Positions 1 through 11,586 of a stretch of 64,000 nt of DNA are shown here, in pieces. Position numbers and translations under genes: made by a program. Numbering within the stretch: the first letter of the stretch is position 1; every line of letters begins with the position of its first letter. Below the pieces are notes generated by a model that was not told the origin of the DNA, made no database searches, and was given only the letters and a program-made list of their open reading frames with translations. Source of the DNA: Vitrella brassicaformis CCMP3155 (taxonomy: Eukaryota > Protista > Chromerida); assembly GCA_001179505.1 (NCBI GenBank), contig CDMY01000489.1, positions 3,412 through 67,411 of the forward strand, given 5' to 3'.

Positions 1-1845
1 GATTGCCGCCACACACGCCATGACGGTGCCCCGCCCTCCTCGCTGTCATCACCCCCGTCACTCTCATTGCCGTCCTCGTCCTCGTCGCTCTCGTCCTCCT
101 CGTCATCGGAGACGGCCGGCGACTGCTCGGGCGGCGTGTTGACCGGCACACGACAAGGCGGCGGAGTCTTGAAGGGGTCGTCCTGGTCCCATCCCACCTC
201 CTCATCGCCCTCCCGTCCACCGACCGCCTGCCCAGGCGGCGGCGTCTCGTCGTCATCCAGGCGGCTCCGGGGCTGCTTGCGGGGCGATGGCGTTTGGTCC
301 TCGAGCTCCATGTCGAGGTCAGCGTCAAAGCTGTCGTTGATGGGCGACTCTCGCGAATGGGCCGCTGGCTCTCCTGCAGCCGGCCGATTGCTGCGGGGCG
401 GGGATGGGGAGCGAGGGGAGGGACTGGGCGGCCTGTGTCGAGGCGGCATGGGAGAGAGGGGGCCGACCCACCGAGGCCCGCCCCACTTGAAGGGGTCGCT
501 GTCGGCCATCGACATGAACGCAGACGAGATGTCGTCCGGCCTAGGGTTCCCCCAGTATGCGGCGGGGTCCTCGTAGCACAGCTGCCTTTCCCTTTTGAGG
601 GCCGCCCGGATTTCCGCCCTCAGCGCCTCCCNNNNNNNNNNNNNNNNNNNNNNNNNNNNNNNNNNNNNNNNNNNNNNNNNNNNNNNNNNNNNNNNNNNNN
701 NNNNNNNNNNNNNNNNNNNNNNNNNNNNNNNNNNNNNNNNNNNNNNNNNNNNNNNNNNNNNNNNNNNNNNNNNNNNNNNNNNNNNNNNNNNNNNNNNNNN
801 NNNNNNNNNNNNNNNNNNNNNNNNNNNNNNNNNNNNNNNNNNNNNNNNNNNNNNNNNNNNNNNNNNNNNNNNNNNNNNNNNNNNNNNNNNNNNNNNNNNN
901 NNNNNNNNNNNNNNNNNNNNNNNNNNNNNNNCCCCCCTCGTCACGGTCGTCATTGCGGCCCCTCTTGGCCCCTCTCCGACTCGACTCGATGCCCGCGGGG
1001 TCGAGGCGCTGCTGGTCGCCGCCATCATCCTGGTGCATGGCCTGGTCAGGCGCCTCACCGGCTTGGGGCTGATCCTCCATCTCGTCACCCCCCTCGTCAC
1101 GGTCGTGCAGTGGAAGGGCCCGCTCGACGGCCTTGGAAGTGCGGATGATGTCAATGGCCAAGCAGCACAACACTTGCTGGGCGGCCCGCAGCAGCTCTGC
1201 CGCCACACACCCATAGATTGCCGCCACACACGCCATGACGGTCGCCCCGCCCTCCTCGCTCTCATCGCCCCCGTCGCTCTCATCGCCCTCGTCGTCCTCG
1301 TCGCTCTCGTCCTCCTCGTCATCGGAGACGGCCGGCGACTGCTCGGGCGGCGTGATGACCGGCACACGACAAGGCGGCGGAGTCTTGAAGGGTCGTCCTG
1401 CTCCCATCCCTCCTCCTCATCGCCCTCCCGTCCACCGACCGCCTGCCCAGGCGGCGGCGTCTTGTCGTCATCCAGGCGGCTCCGGGTCTGCTTGCGGGGC
1501 GATGGCGTTTGGTCGTCCAGGTCCATGTCGAGGTCAGCGTCAAAGCTGTCCTTGATCGGCGACTCTCGCGAATGGGCCGCTGGCTCTCCTGCAGCCGGCC
1601 GATTGCTGCGGGGCGGGGATGGGGAGCGAGGGGAGGGGCTGGGCGGCCTGTGCCGAGGCGGCATGGGAGAGAGGGGGCCGACCCACCGAGGCCCGCCCCA
1701 CTTGAAGGGGTCGCTGTCGGCCATCGACATGAACGCAGACGAGATGTCGTCCGGCCTAGGGTTCCCCCAGTATGCGGCGGGGTCCTCGTAGCACAGCTGC
1801 CTTTCCCTTTTGAGGGCCGCCCGGATTTCCGCCCTCAGCGCCTCC
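1..1845 (-). repeat. Direct tandem duplication of a low-complexity gene segment (1-631 matches 1216-1845; 1215-bp offset across the 632-931 N gap)
   Basis: gattgccgccacacacgccatgacgg occurs at 1 and 1216, and near-identity continues to cagcgcctccc at 631 and 1845. The copies differ by substitutions and 1-nt indels. Confidence 0.9.
632..931. other. Assembly gap (300 N); others at 21181-21480, 25392-25691 and 40687-40986
   Basis: All four N runs are exactly 300 nt, i.e. placeholders rather than measured sizes. Confidence 0.99.
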
Positions 1846-2507
1846 CTTTCCTCCCCCGGCGGCGGCTCTCTCACGGACAAGTAGTAGCCGTGCTCCTCTT
1901 CCTCCCGAGCTGCCCCAGCCCTCTCCTCGCTGCCTTCTTCCCCTCCTGCTCCTGCTCTTGCGGCTGCCGCCTCCGTCGGCTCCTCCACGTCAGCAGGCGG
2001 TGCTGTCTCTTGCTCCTCCTGCTCCTGCTCCTGCTCCTGCTGCAGCAGCAGCAGCTGCTGCTGCTGCAAATGAGAAGAGAAGAAACAAAAGCGACATGTA
2101 TTTCACTATTTATTTCCGTGGGCAATATATGTGCGGTGATTATATGATGCACCTGTCTCTCGTCCTCGGCCTCCCAGTCGGCCCCAGGGCGGTTGCGATG
2201 GAGCCAGGGCAGGCGTACACTCCTCCACCTGAGTTTATGAAAGACAAGAGAGGCACAGGGCACCAGAAATCGACTGACTTATTCAACGATATATGCAGTG
2301 CGTGTGCCGCGCACTGAGCATACCCTGGCTCGTCGGCGTGCTCCATGGCCGACGACCTGCCATTCACACGCCAACCGAGGACAAGACAATGCTATTCCGA
2401 CGAACAGCAACACTCCGATGAACAACGTACCAGTTGATGCCCTCCAGAGCGTCTTCACGGTCGTCGGCATCCATGGCCTCCGACTCCCCCTCACTGCTGC
2501 CGTTCAT
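932..2507 (-). pseudogene. Lineage-specific acidic/Gln/Pro-rich low-complexity gene, copy 1, frameshifted
   Basis: Starts MNGSSEGESEAMDADDREDALEGINW, has GT-AG introns, and a main exon QQQ...EEEHGYYLSVREPPPGEEREALR...DPFKWGGPRW. A G3 run at 1390-1392 (G4 in the paralogous unit at 174-177) shifts the frame. Confidence 0.65.
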
Positions 2508-2558
2508 CGGCTCACGGTAGCTTCCGCTCATTCTCGCGTACGTCTGTCACAGCCCCTG

Positions 2559-2580
2559 TCTGAGACGCCCACAGTCTCGG
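2559..2580. promoter_or_regulatory. Hairpin motif TCTGAGAC-GCCCACA-GTCTCGG in a divergent (bidirectional) promoter; also at 20175-20196 (inverted) and 26297-26318
   Basis: The identical 22-mer occurs three times, each time between two divergent ATGs and about 20-40 bp upstream of an ATGGATCT glycosylase-type start. The regulatory role is inferred from position. Confidence 0.55.
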
Positions 2581-2617
2581 GCCCCCAAGATGCGAGCTGC
2601 AAACCATGAGGTGACTG

Positions 2618-4299
2618 ATGGATCTACGACGCTCGGGGCGCTCGGGCGCCCGCCAGGCTAAGAGCGAGGAGCAGGATAGCAAGAAGATCGGTGTCAAACG
2701 AGAGCATGATGACAGCAGCGGCCTTCACGGCCACAAGAGGGTGCGCAAGCACGAAAACGCCGTCAAGAGTGAGGACGAGAAAGCATTAGTTCAAGTCAAG
2801 GAAGGAGCGGGTCGGGATGAGACGGAAGCGGTCAGTGCTGATGAGGATGAGGGTAGTGGTCAGCTGGTGGCTGCGGAGCCCTATCCGAATCTTCGGCGGC
2901 CTTCTGCCGACGAGTGCTACGCTGTCGGGAGGGCACTCCGGGATCTTCATGGCGGCGACCGCGTCAAGGGAAGGGTGAGATGCCACACCACACCTCACTC
3001 GTTTGAGCATTTGGAAACACCGGCTTGTGTGTTTTGCGGCATGTGTGAGTGTGCTTCAGGACTGTAGTGTGATGGACATGCTGGTGCGTGTGATGCTCTC
3101 GCAAAACACCACCGACAAGCTATCGAAACAGACATTCCAGAGTTTGAAGGTCAGCATCACTTGCTGCGACCGATCCATCCATCGATCAGCTGGTCTCACT
3201 GCTGGCTTATCCGTCATTTAGGCTGCCTTCCCCACGTGGCGGTCGGTGCTCGATGCCCCCGCTGCAGACGTCGAGGCCACCATACAGAAGGGCGGCCTGG
3301 CCCATACAAAGGTGGATACGCGAGAAGCAAGGGCGTCGGCACACTTACAGGGGGATGGCTGTCGCTATTCCTTCCAGGTGAAGCGCATCCAGGCGATCCT
3401 GCAGTCTGTAGTCGATGGGGGACATGTGGTGAGCGCGGCAAGCAGCAACAGCCGCATCCATCTCCCAATTTGGTGTATTGTTCAGGTAGCTGGCGAGCCG
3501 TCGCTGGAGCACTTGAGGGGCGTGCCTGACGAGCAGGTCAAGCAGGCGCTCCTGAGGTATGCAGCAACGAAATGAGCGGCCAGCAATGGAACTACACAAG
3601 TGCTCGTATACTGATCGGTCAGGTACAATGGTGTAGGTCCCAAGACCGTCGCGTGTGTCATGATGTTCGGACTGGGTAGGCAGGCCCATGGACGTGGCCC
3701 CTAGCTATAGCTGCCGGTTGATCTCCCTTTTCCAGGTCGTTCGGAGTTTCCCGTGGACACCCACGTGCTCCATATCGCGCAGCGGCTGCATTGGGTGCCC
3801 CAGTCTGCAACACGCGTACAAGCGTACCAACACCTCAATCGCAGGTCAGTTGTGTGTATGACACTCACTGCGAGCCTAAGATCATGTGTTCATGTTTGTG
3901 TGTGACCCGGCTAACCAGGGTGCCTGACGATATCAAGCACTCGCTGCACGTTCTCTTGGTGGAACACGGCAAGGTGAATGAAGATTCCCCTCCTCACGCA
4001 CCGCACAGACAGTCGTGTATGTGTGTCTCCTGTCTGTTTGTGTGTGGTGGTTCCGTTTTCAGTGCTGCGTCCCGTGCGCCAAGAACGGCCGTCTGCAGAA
4101 GGAATCCTCAGGATCCTGCCCCCTGCAGCCTCTCATCCACCGCGGCACCACGCCGCCGCAGCTGGAAGGCAGCACCTCTCAGCCGGCAATGCTGGAAGGC
4201 GCCGATGGGCCGCCAGCAAGTGCTGCCGCTGCTGCTCCTGCTGCAGTCGTCAAGAAAGAGGGTGGAGAGCTGGTGCGGGTGAAAGAGGAAGCCGAATGA
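2618..4299 (+). CDS. HhH-GPD base-excision DNA glycosylase (endonuclease III superfamily), multi-exon
   Basis: Spliced exons give DMLVRVMLSQNTTDKLS, GGLAHTKV-KRIQAIL, the helix-hairpin-helix YNGVGPKTVACVMMFGL, FPVDTHVLHIAQRLHWVP and SLHVLLVEHGK-CCVPC. Confidence 0.9.
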
Positions 4300-4987
4300 T
4301 GGATGAGAGCGGGTGGATGCTGGTATACGATGCGTGTGGGTGGGTGGGCTGATTTGATTGTCGCCTTGTACATATCAGTGTGTGTTTTGGGACGTGGCAC
4401 TTGTGTGCATGCCGTCTTCTGGGGCCGTGTGTGGGATAGGATGACGGCCGCTGTGGGTGTCTATAAAGCAGTGCAGTGCAGTGCGGTGCGGTGCGGTGCG
4501 GTGTGTGTTGAGACCTTGGACACAGACATGTATGTACATGAAGGTTACGTGAATGGCTAACGTATCGGTCCTTTCCTCTCGCCGTTCGGGCCAGCATCCA
4601 AGCCATGCAGCTGCACATGCTGTCTGTCTGTCTGTTTGATCCATGTGTGTCTCGTCACTGACGGCTGTGTGTGTGTGTGTGACCTTGGCACACACACAGC
4701 TGCATGTGACCGCTCACACGCATCAGTTGGTCCATCCATCCATCCATCCATGCACCCGTCATCGACTTGTCCTACCAGTCACCATGTCAGTCAGTCAGTA
4801 CTGCTCAGTGCGTATGCATCTGTCCTCCGTCTGCCGTCACACAGGCGTCAGACCAACACACAGCGCACCGCACGACGTATGTACACTGCCTGCCATCCAG
4901 TCATCCCCCCCTCCATCTCTTTGTGTCAGTCCATGAATGCGGTAAACCAACCAACCGATGCATCGCATCGCTCACTCAGTCATTTAT

Positions 4988-5062
4988 CTACTTGACGCCA
5001 GGTATCTCACGAGCTGCGGGTGCTGGGCCGGAGTTTGTCGGGGTTGATGATGCCTGCACGCA

Positions 5063-5097
<35 letters not shown>

Positions 5098-6293
5098 GTG
5101 GCATGGGTCGAAGCCGCCGGCTGCACCCACAGGTGCGTTCATCAGTCGGCCTCACGTACCGTGCCACATTTCTGCCGCCTTGTTCTCGCACTCCAGGCGG
5201 GTGGCCTTTGTGACCTCCACCTGCACACAATTGTATACCTCCTCCATCCAACGGCCCCCTTAGCCCTTAGTGCTCACCTTGTAGACACATCGCTTGCGGT
5301 TGCTGTCGAAGTAGCGGACCTCCTCGTCGCTCATCTGCAGCAGGGCCTGCACGATGTCCTCCCTCCGGCCCTTGGTATTGTCGCTGTCCTTGACGCGAAC
5401 CTTGAGGACGTTGAACTTCCCCTCCCACGTGCACTGGAAGACCTTGCCGTGCAACATCACCAACATGTCGCGGAGATGAAACTGACACACACACGAAAGG
5501 ACAACACCATGATGTCTGTGCGCAGGTGAGCGTTGGTTGGGCATGCCTTGGCGTCGTCGGCCACGTTCCAGAACAAACAGTCGTAGCCTGCACCCACACA
5601 AAGTTTCGGACACAGAGACACAGACAGGAGCGAATGATGCATGAACTGTATGGATGCGCCACTTTGTGTGTGTCCGTATGCGTACCCATGACCACCATGT
5701 TGCAGAGTTCTTCGACTATGGCCGGCGGGAGCGACGCTGCTCCTCCCTCCAACCCCTCTCCCTCCTCCTCTCCCCCCTTCTCCTTGCCCTGCTCGTCGTC
5801 CTCGTCCTCGGGCGTCCACTCATCCTCATCGTCCGCTGCACGACGACTGCGGTTGCGGCCGGGGCTGGTGCGATGGCCACGGGGGGGCTCGTCTTGCTCA
5901 TCCGAATCTTCGTCGGCCGCCAGCACTTTAGCCGCCATTGACTGACCGGCACTGTCACGCTTGACACGCGACGCGCTGGTGAGGACTTTGAAGGGGTTCG
6001 GCTTGCCAGCCTTGCTGCCTCGCTTGGCCTTCTTCACCTCTGCACCCACACCCACACACACGCGGATGGATCATCATGATCATCATGGATAAATTACACG
6101 TCTCGTTGACGGTCTCATTCGGTGTCTGATTCAGCATGATGCACTTACTGTTGCTCACGCCCCCAGCCTTGACTTTGGTATCCTTCTTGCCCTTGCGCAC
6201 CTTGAGGCCTCTCTGCTTGCGCATCTCCGCTATCTGCACCGACATGGGCACGTCGACGTCATCAGCAGCAGAGCTAGCAGCAGAGGGGTCCAT
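4988..6293 (-). CDS. Hypothetical protein (Lys-rich N-terminus, acidic middle, globular C-terminal part), multi-exon
   Basis: Joinable exons MDPSAASSAADDVDVP..., EVKKAKRGSKAGKPNPFKVL..., GYDCLFWNVADD..., FHLRDMLVMLHGKVFQCTWEGKFNVLKVRV..., separated by GT-AG microsatellite introns. Confidence 0.6.
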
Positions 6294-6432
6294 GATGGCG
6301 CTCAGAGTCAGTGATGGTGGGATTGAGGCGGGACTGAGGTAGAATGTGAGTCAGATGCACACGATGGATGGGGGCTCAAGGCAACTCCGAATTTGTGTGT
6401 GAACGAGGCACCTTCAAGTTCTCGGCTCGCAT

Positions 6433-7084
6433 GTGTTGGTGACAAAATTTCAAAGCTTTCCAAGTGTTGTAGAGCGATCCCTGCGACAGTCTTCCAATAT
6501 GAATCAGTGTGCGGATGCTGCCGGCACAGCGCGTCAGCGAGGGCTTCTGAGGAGTCAGGCTGGGATACGCCCCGGTGGGGGAAAGGGAAGGAGGGCGCCT
6601 ACAAAGGCGCAGGGAGGGCACGGACCGCAAGAAGGTTCCTCAGAAGGGCATTGTGGCGACGCCAAGTGCTGCATATGCCAGGAGGCGAGAGACGATACCG
6701 ATAAGGTGCGTGAGACCAACTGTGCTGTGTTGATATGTTAGGATGTCCCTGCATCCTTTGTGTGTTGTGTGTCAGGGCATACTGTCCTGCGGTCATGCAT
6801 TCTGTTTTGGTTGCATTGCGCAAGTGAGCACAGACACTTAAGTGCAGAGAGAACCTGATCCTTGGCATCCGTGTCTTGTTTTCCATCATCTCCAGGCGTT
6901 TATCGCTCGCACCAAGGCCCGCCAAGCGTGCCAGTGCCCGCTCTGCCACCAGAGCAAAGTCAGCCCCATCGTCACGCGCGAGACTCTCGTCCGCACGACG
7001 CGGTCCAGGAAGCGCAAGGCCCAGGACATCTCAGAAGAGGAGGACGTGAGGGATGCCGAGGGGGTGCTCATCGAAGACCGATAG
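6433..7084 (+). CDS. Small C3HC4 RING-finger protein (putative E3 ligase)
   Basis: Two phase-0 introns join KCCICQEARDDTDK | GILSCGHAFCFGCIAQ | AFIARTKARQACQCPLCH, a complete C3HC4 pattern. The start codon is uncertain. Confidence 0.8.
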
Positions 7085-7097
7085 TAGGCACATACTG

Positions 7098-7146
<49 letters not shown>

Positions 7147-7160
7147 CATACATATATACA
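7098..7160. repeat. (CA)n-(TA)n compound microsatellite, representative of dozens of intronic/intergenic (CA)n, (GACA)n, (CATC)n and (GGCA)n tracts
   Basis: Directly visible: acacacacac...atatatatat. Confidence 0.95.
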
Positions 7161-7408
7161 CCGGCTTGCTCCTCTTGTTGCTGTATGTGTATGTGTGTGC
7201 GACAGTGAGGAACGTGTGAGCGAGGCGGGTTACATGGAGATGTGGCGCGTATCCAAACAAGACCTCTCCCACAAGTAGGCCCGCCTTCTCTCTCGCTGAC
7301 GGGCACGAACTCACACACGTGTGTCCTGTCTGTCACACAGGGGTTTCAGTGACCAGTATCAGAACCTCGAGCAGGGCTGGGCTGGATGGAGATGGAGGAT
7401 GAGATGAG

Positions 7409-8654
7409 ATGGAAGACGAGCTCAGTCTACAGGAGGTCTACTACTTGGAGAAGAAGACTAGGGCCACAGCGCGCCACTATTCGGAGCAGTCAGAGCTGAG
7501 GAAGTTCCGACGGCTGAAGTCAGGTGGGAAAGAGGGAGACAGCCTCTCATGGATGGATGTAATGAGCATACACGCAGGAATTGTCTATATCCTTGCTGCG
7601 TGTGTATGTATGTGTGTGTGTGTGTGTGCGTGCAGCCATGGATGTGTTGACCGCCAGCAAGGAATTCGTCGAGGTGGAGCGCATCAAGCAGCTGCTGATG
7701 TGGCCCGAGCCCGGCAAGAGCCCCCAGGAGCGAACCCATCCTCGAGGCTCCATTTACTCCGAGTGCAACCAGAAGTGGCGGCAGCAGGGCCTATCGGGCA
7801 TGGACAAGCCATTTGGGGCCAACCCCTTCGACCACAGCCGCTGGGTGGACTACCAATGGATGGACGCTGAGCTGCTTTGCGACCGCCTTCAGCGCCAGCG
7901 CCTCAAGCAGTCCACCCGCGACCTGTTGCAGCAGAAGAATGTCAACTGTCTCCTGACCTCTGCCTGGAGAAGAGGATAGAGAGACACGATGGGGACGGGC
8001 AACCGTGTCTCGGGCGATGTTTTCGCCCCGCATCCATCGCAGCCACACCGGCCAGCCGGCCGGCAGATGTCGACCACGGGGCAAGCAGACCGCAGGGCGA
8101 CAATGGGCCGTGATCTGCTGCTGCAGCTTCTGCTGCTATTGTGGTCAAGAAGGAGGATGGAAGGCCGGTGCGGGTGAAGCGAGAAGATCAACCTGATTTG
8201 CCTCTGCTCGCTCTGCCGGACCCGCATCCTGAGTGGCAGGTCCCACCCGCCAACCGCGACATGCTCACCGAGCGGCTGCTGAATCAGCTAGGGAAATCGC
8301 AGCACCGAGAGGGCGACAGCACGTGGCTGAGTCGCATCCCTGGGATCGGTCGGCCACCCGACTGCAGCGACCCCGCGCTCATCGCCCTCGCGCGTGTTGA
8401 ATGGGAGCAAGAAGGTCGTCTGCTGAGAGTCAGTTCCGGCTGGCAGTCCGGGCAGGTGCCCTCGACCACCAGTATCGGTCGGCATTCCTGGCCGGGCCCG
8501 ACAGGGTGGATGAGGAGCGAGACGGAGGAGAGGAGACGACGACTCGGATGACGAAGGCGACCCGCCCATCTATCCATCTGTCGAGACGTCCGCCACACAG
8601 CCCTCCCCGGCGCCGTCACGGCTCGCCATGTTCCCCATGCCACCACAGGATTAA
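7409..8654 (+). pseudogene. Hypothetical, apparently disrupted gene containing a copy of the glycosylase C-terminal tail
   Basis: Coding-like segments MEDELSLQEVYYLEKK... and MDVLTASKEFVEVERIKQLLMWPEP..., an in-frame TGA at 8111-8113, and frame changes near 7980 and 8530. 8090-8185 resembles 4200-4290. Confidence 0.4.
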
Positions 8655-9967
8655 TGCCATTCACTCGGCACTGGAAGACGACCGCGACGCCATCCACACC
8701 ATGGCTGCATGACTGGGGAGCTGGACCAGATGCTGACGTGCCTGGCACTGAGCCCCCTGCGCCCGCTGGCAACCAACACAATGCACATGGAAGCGGTGGT
8801 GGTGGCCTGGCCCTCAGGGGCGGCGCTGGTGGCAGTGGTGATGGTGGCCACATCGATGGATGTGGTGTGGATGACCATGAGGGTAAGGAGGACGATGACG
8901 ATATCAACGCAGCAGTGGTGCAGCCTGCGCCAAGATGCTCTTCACCCCCCACTTCACACCCCTCGCCCCACAGCTCTACGGATACCCCCCTGTCAACAGC
9001 ACCGCCCTCTCCCTCACTCATCGACTCCAGGAGAGCGGCATACTGGGTGGGGGCAACAAGGAGGCCGGTGGGGTGCTGTCCGGGGGATAGGCATTCTGGC
9101 GGGTGGGGCTGAGACCGACACACCCATATCACCTGCAACGGCGACAGAGCAGCAACTGCTGGTGAAGAAGAACGACGAGTTTGCCATAGCGGATGGCCCG
9201 TGACCGCACCCATCGGGACGACGGTGGCGCTTGAGTGGTGGAAATGGGTCATGGTAGAGGAGTTGTCCGAGGGACATCAGCAAGGGCGGATGGAGCGACT
9301 CTGTGCGTGTGCGACACGCCGACCGGCTGGACAACGTGAGCGGCTGCCGCCGCATCCTATATCCACTGTCGGCCGTGTGAGGCGCAGGCGGCGTCTCTGC
9401 TGACGGTTGCTGACATCCCTCGCCGTCCGACCCTCAATCGACGCACATCTGGAGGCATCCCACCCGTCCGCCCACCCACACACACATCGGCGGCATGGAG
9501 CACACCTGCCTCACGGACGCGATGGGGGTCCTCTTCGCGGTCGGCGTGGGGGTGGTGGGAGAGATCGAGTTCGAGACGATGATGCCCCTGGAGGAGCTGA
9601 CGACAGCCGATAGATGCATGAGGGGCGGGGCGGGGCGGTGGGGCAGTGCACACGTGTGGGCAGGTGTGGCGCTCGTTTACATCCTGCCTGTTGGTGACGT
9701 GTGTTGGCCGGGACGATGGCTGATGTGACGTGTGTGTGTCTATGATGCATTGCACTGAATTCGTTGGACAGACCAGCCGACTCTGACCATCTGCGTGTGT
9801 GCGGTCTTTCAGGTTGCTCATGTACTTGCATCCTTGGTTTGTATGTATCGACAGATGCGGTCGGTCTCACACACTCCACCCACCGGCCGCGGTGACACAC
9901 CCACTGACGCCAGGGTGCCCAGTACGTGAACACCACTCACCACGCAATCACTGAGCCACTCGTCACA

Positions 9968-11366
9968 TCATTTCTTCTTGAGGGTGATCTTCATCTTGGC
10001 CTTTGGCTTGGCTGCGGCCGCCTTGGGCTGTCCCGCAGCGGCCGATACACCAGCAGCAGCAGCAGCAGCAGCAGGTGCCCCGTTCTCATCAGGGACCGTA
10101 AAGACCGATCCGTGATGCACGCCATACGATCGATCGTACTCCTCTTGCCAGCCTGTAGGACACACAGAGAGAGATGGTTGGCTGACGGCGTCGTGTGTGT
10201 CATGCATTCATGATCTCATTCATCTCACCTTCAAGCTGAGTGTGGATGCCGTGGCTCTTCGCCAGCCCGACGGGCGTCTCGCCTCGTGTGTTGGCGTCCG
10301 TCACTTTCAGGCCCTGACAAGACAAGAGATCAAATCAGAGTGAGTCGCGTCGCCCTGCATCCCTGCCGTCTTCGTGGGGACCTTCTGGATGAGTGTGTGG
10401 CAGCACTCTGACGCACCAGCCCTCTGCAACAGACATCCATGCCGCCAGTTGTCACAACAGCACGCTGGTCCTCGTGTGTCCTATGGCCTCACCGCCGCCC
10501 AATGAAGAGCGCTGTCCCCACTCTGGTACCATGCCACACAACACACAATTGGATGGCTGGACGGATGGATGGGTGGGTGGATGGATGGTCGTGTCCGTCA
10601 GGTTGGCCCAGTTCACTTACCTTTGTTTTCTTGCTGACGTCACATTTGGGATTGGTTATCGCCAAGGAAAGAACGTCTCCTTGACCGCTGAAAGAAAGAA
10701 CCAGCAACCAACCATCGTCACTATCACGAACCACGGCTGCGTGCGGCTGTGGCGTTTGCTCACTGCTGGCACATCCAGTGGAGGGGCGTGCGTCCCATGG
10801 CGTCGCTGGGCGAAGGATCGACGCCTGGCGCCCTCAGAAGGACTGATGCGCTCTCACTCTCACCGTGCTGACAGGACCTGCAGGAGAGGCACCCAAGACA
10901 CGCGAACACAGCATCGTCTGACGGCCTGGCGCCGGCTGCATATGTAGACGGTACATACCAGTGGAGGGGCGTCTGCATCTGTGGGTCAGGGATGTTGGCG
11001 TCGGCACCGTGCTCCACCAGCCAGGCTGATGGATGGATGACATGACATACACCATATGTATACGACGGGAAGATGCACACACAGTTCCTCTCTTTAGTGG
11101 ACAGCTCAGCCCACCTATCGTCGATGCAGGCCTCTTCTCTCGCGCACTCTCACACAAGGCCGTGAACCCTGAAACAAACAGAGAGAAGGGCAACAGACAA
11201 ACAATGAATCTCTCAGATCTCTCAGATCACTCACATACTGCAGTGGCATGCCGTGAATTGGCCGCTCACCTTTGTCGTCGAGGTCATTTATGTGCTCAAC
11301 TACGCTTGTCAGATCAGCCTCCAGCTCCTCAAGCTGGCCCGTCGCTGCCGCCTGCCGTAGCAGCAT
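9968..11366 (-). CDS. Ankyrin-repeat protein, multi-exon
   Basis: Spliced product includes GFTALCESA, WLVEHGADANIPDPQMQTPLHW, SDAMGRTPLHWM, SGDSALHWAA and NTRGETPVGLA, and ends KMKITLKKK*. Confidence 0.85.
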
Positions 11367-11586
11367 CGCCTGGGACAGATTAATGAGATCTCGTCAAGCA
11401 AATCACAATGCCTTATTGTAGGCTGCTTGGGCTGCTCCTGGAATGCTCCAAAGCGGGAGATCGCTGGCGGCAAATGCGAGCTTGACCGCGAGCTTACAGA
11501 GGCAGGAAGCGGAGATCTTCTTTGGGTGCCCTCAGCCTTGAGAATGGAGTAGCCTCACCGCCTCACCCCGCCGCCCTCGTGTTTGC

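Noticed and set aside
2559-2600. Helitron 3' terminus (hairpin plus CTRR) as the explanation of the repeated hairpin
   Set aside because: No CTRR follows at the expected distance on either strand in the three copies, and no Rep/helicase gene is in the window.
8654-9940. Long ORFs on both strands (e.g. 8284-9252 minus, 8654-9112 plus)
   Set aside because: Low-complexity, no recognisable motif, and I could not build a consistent spliced model. Left unannotated.
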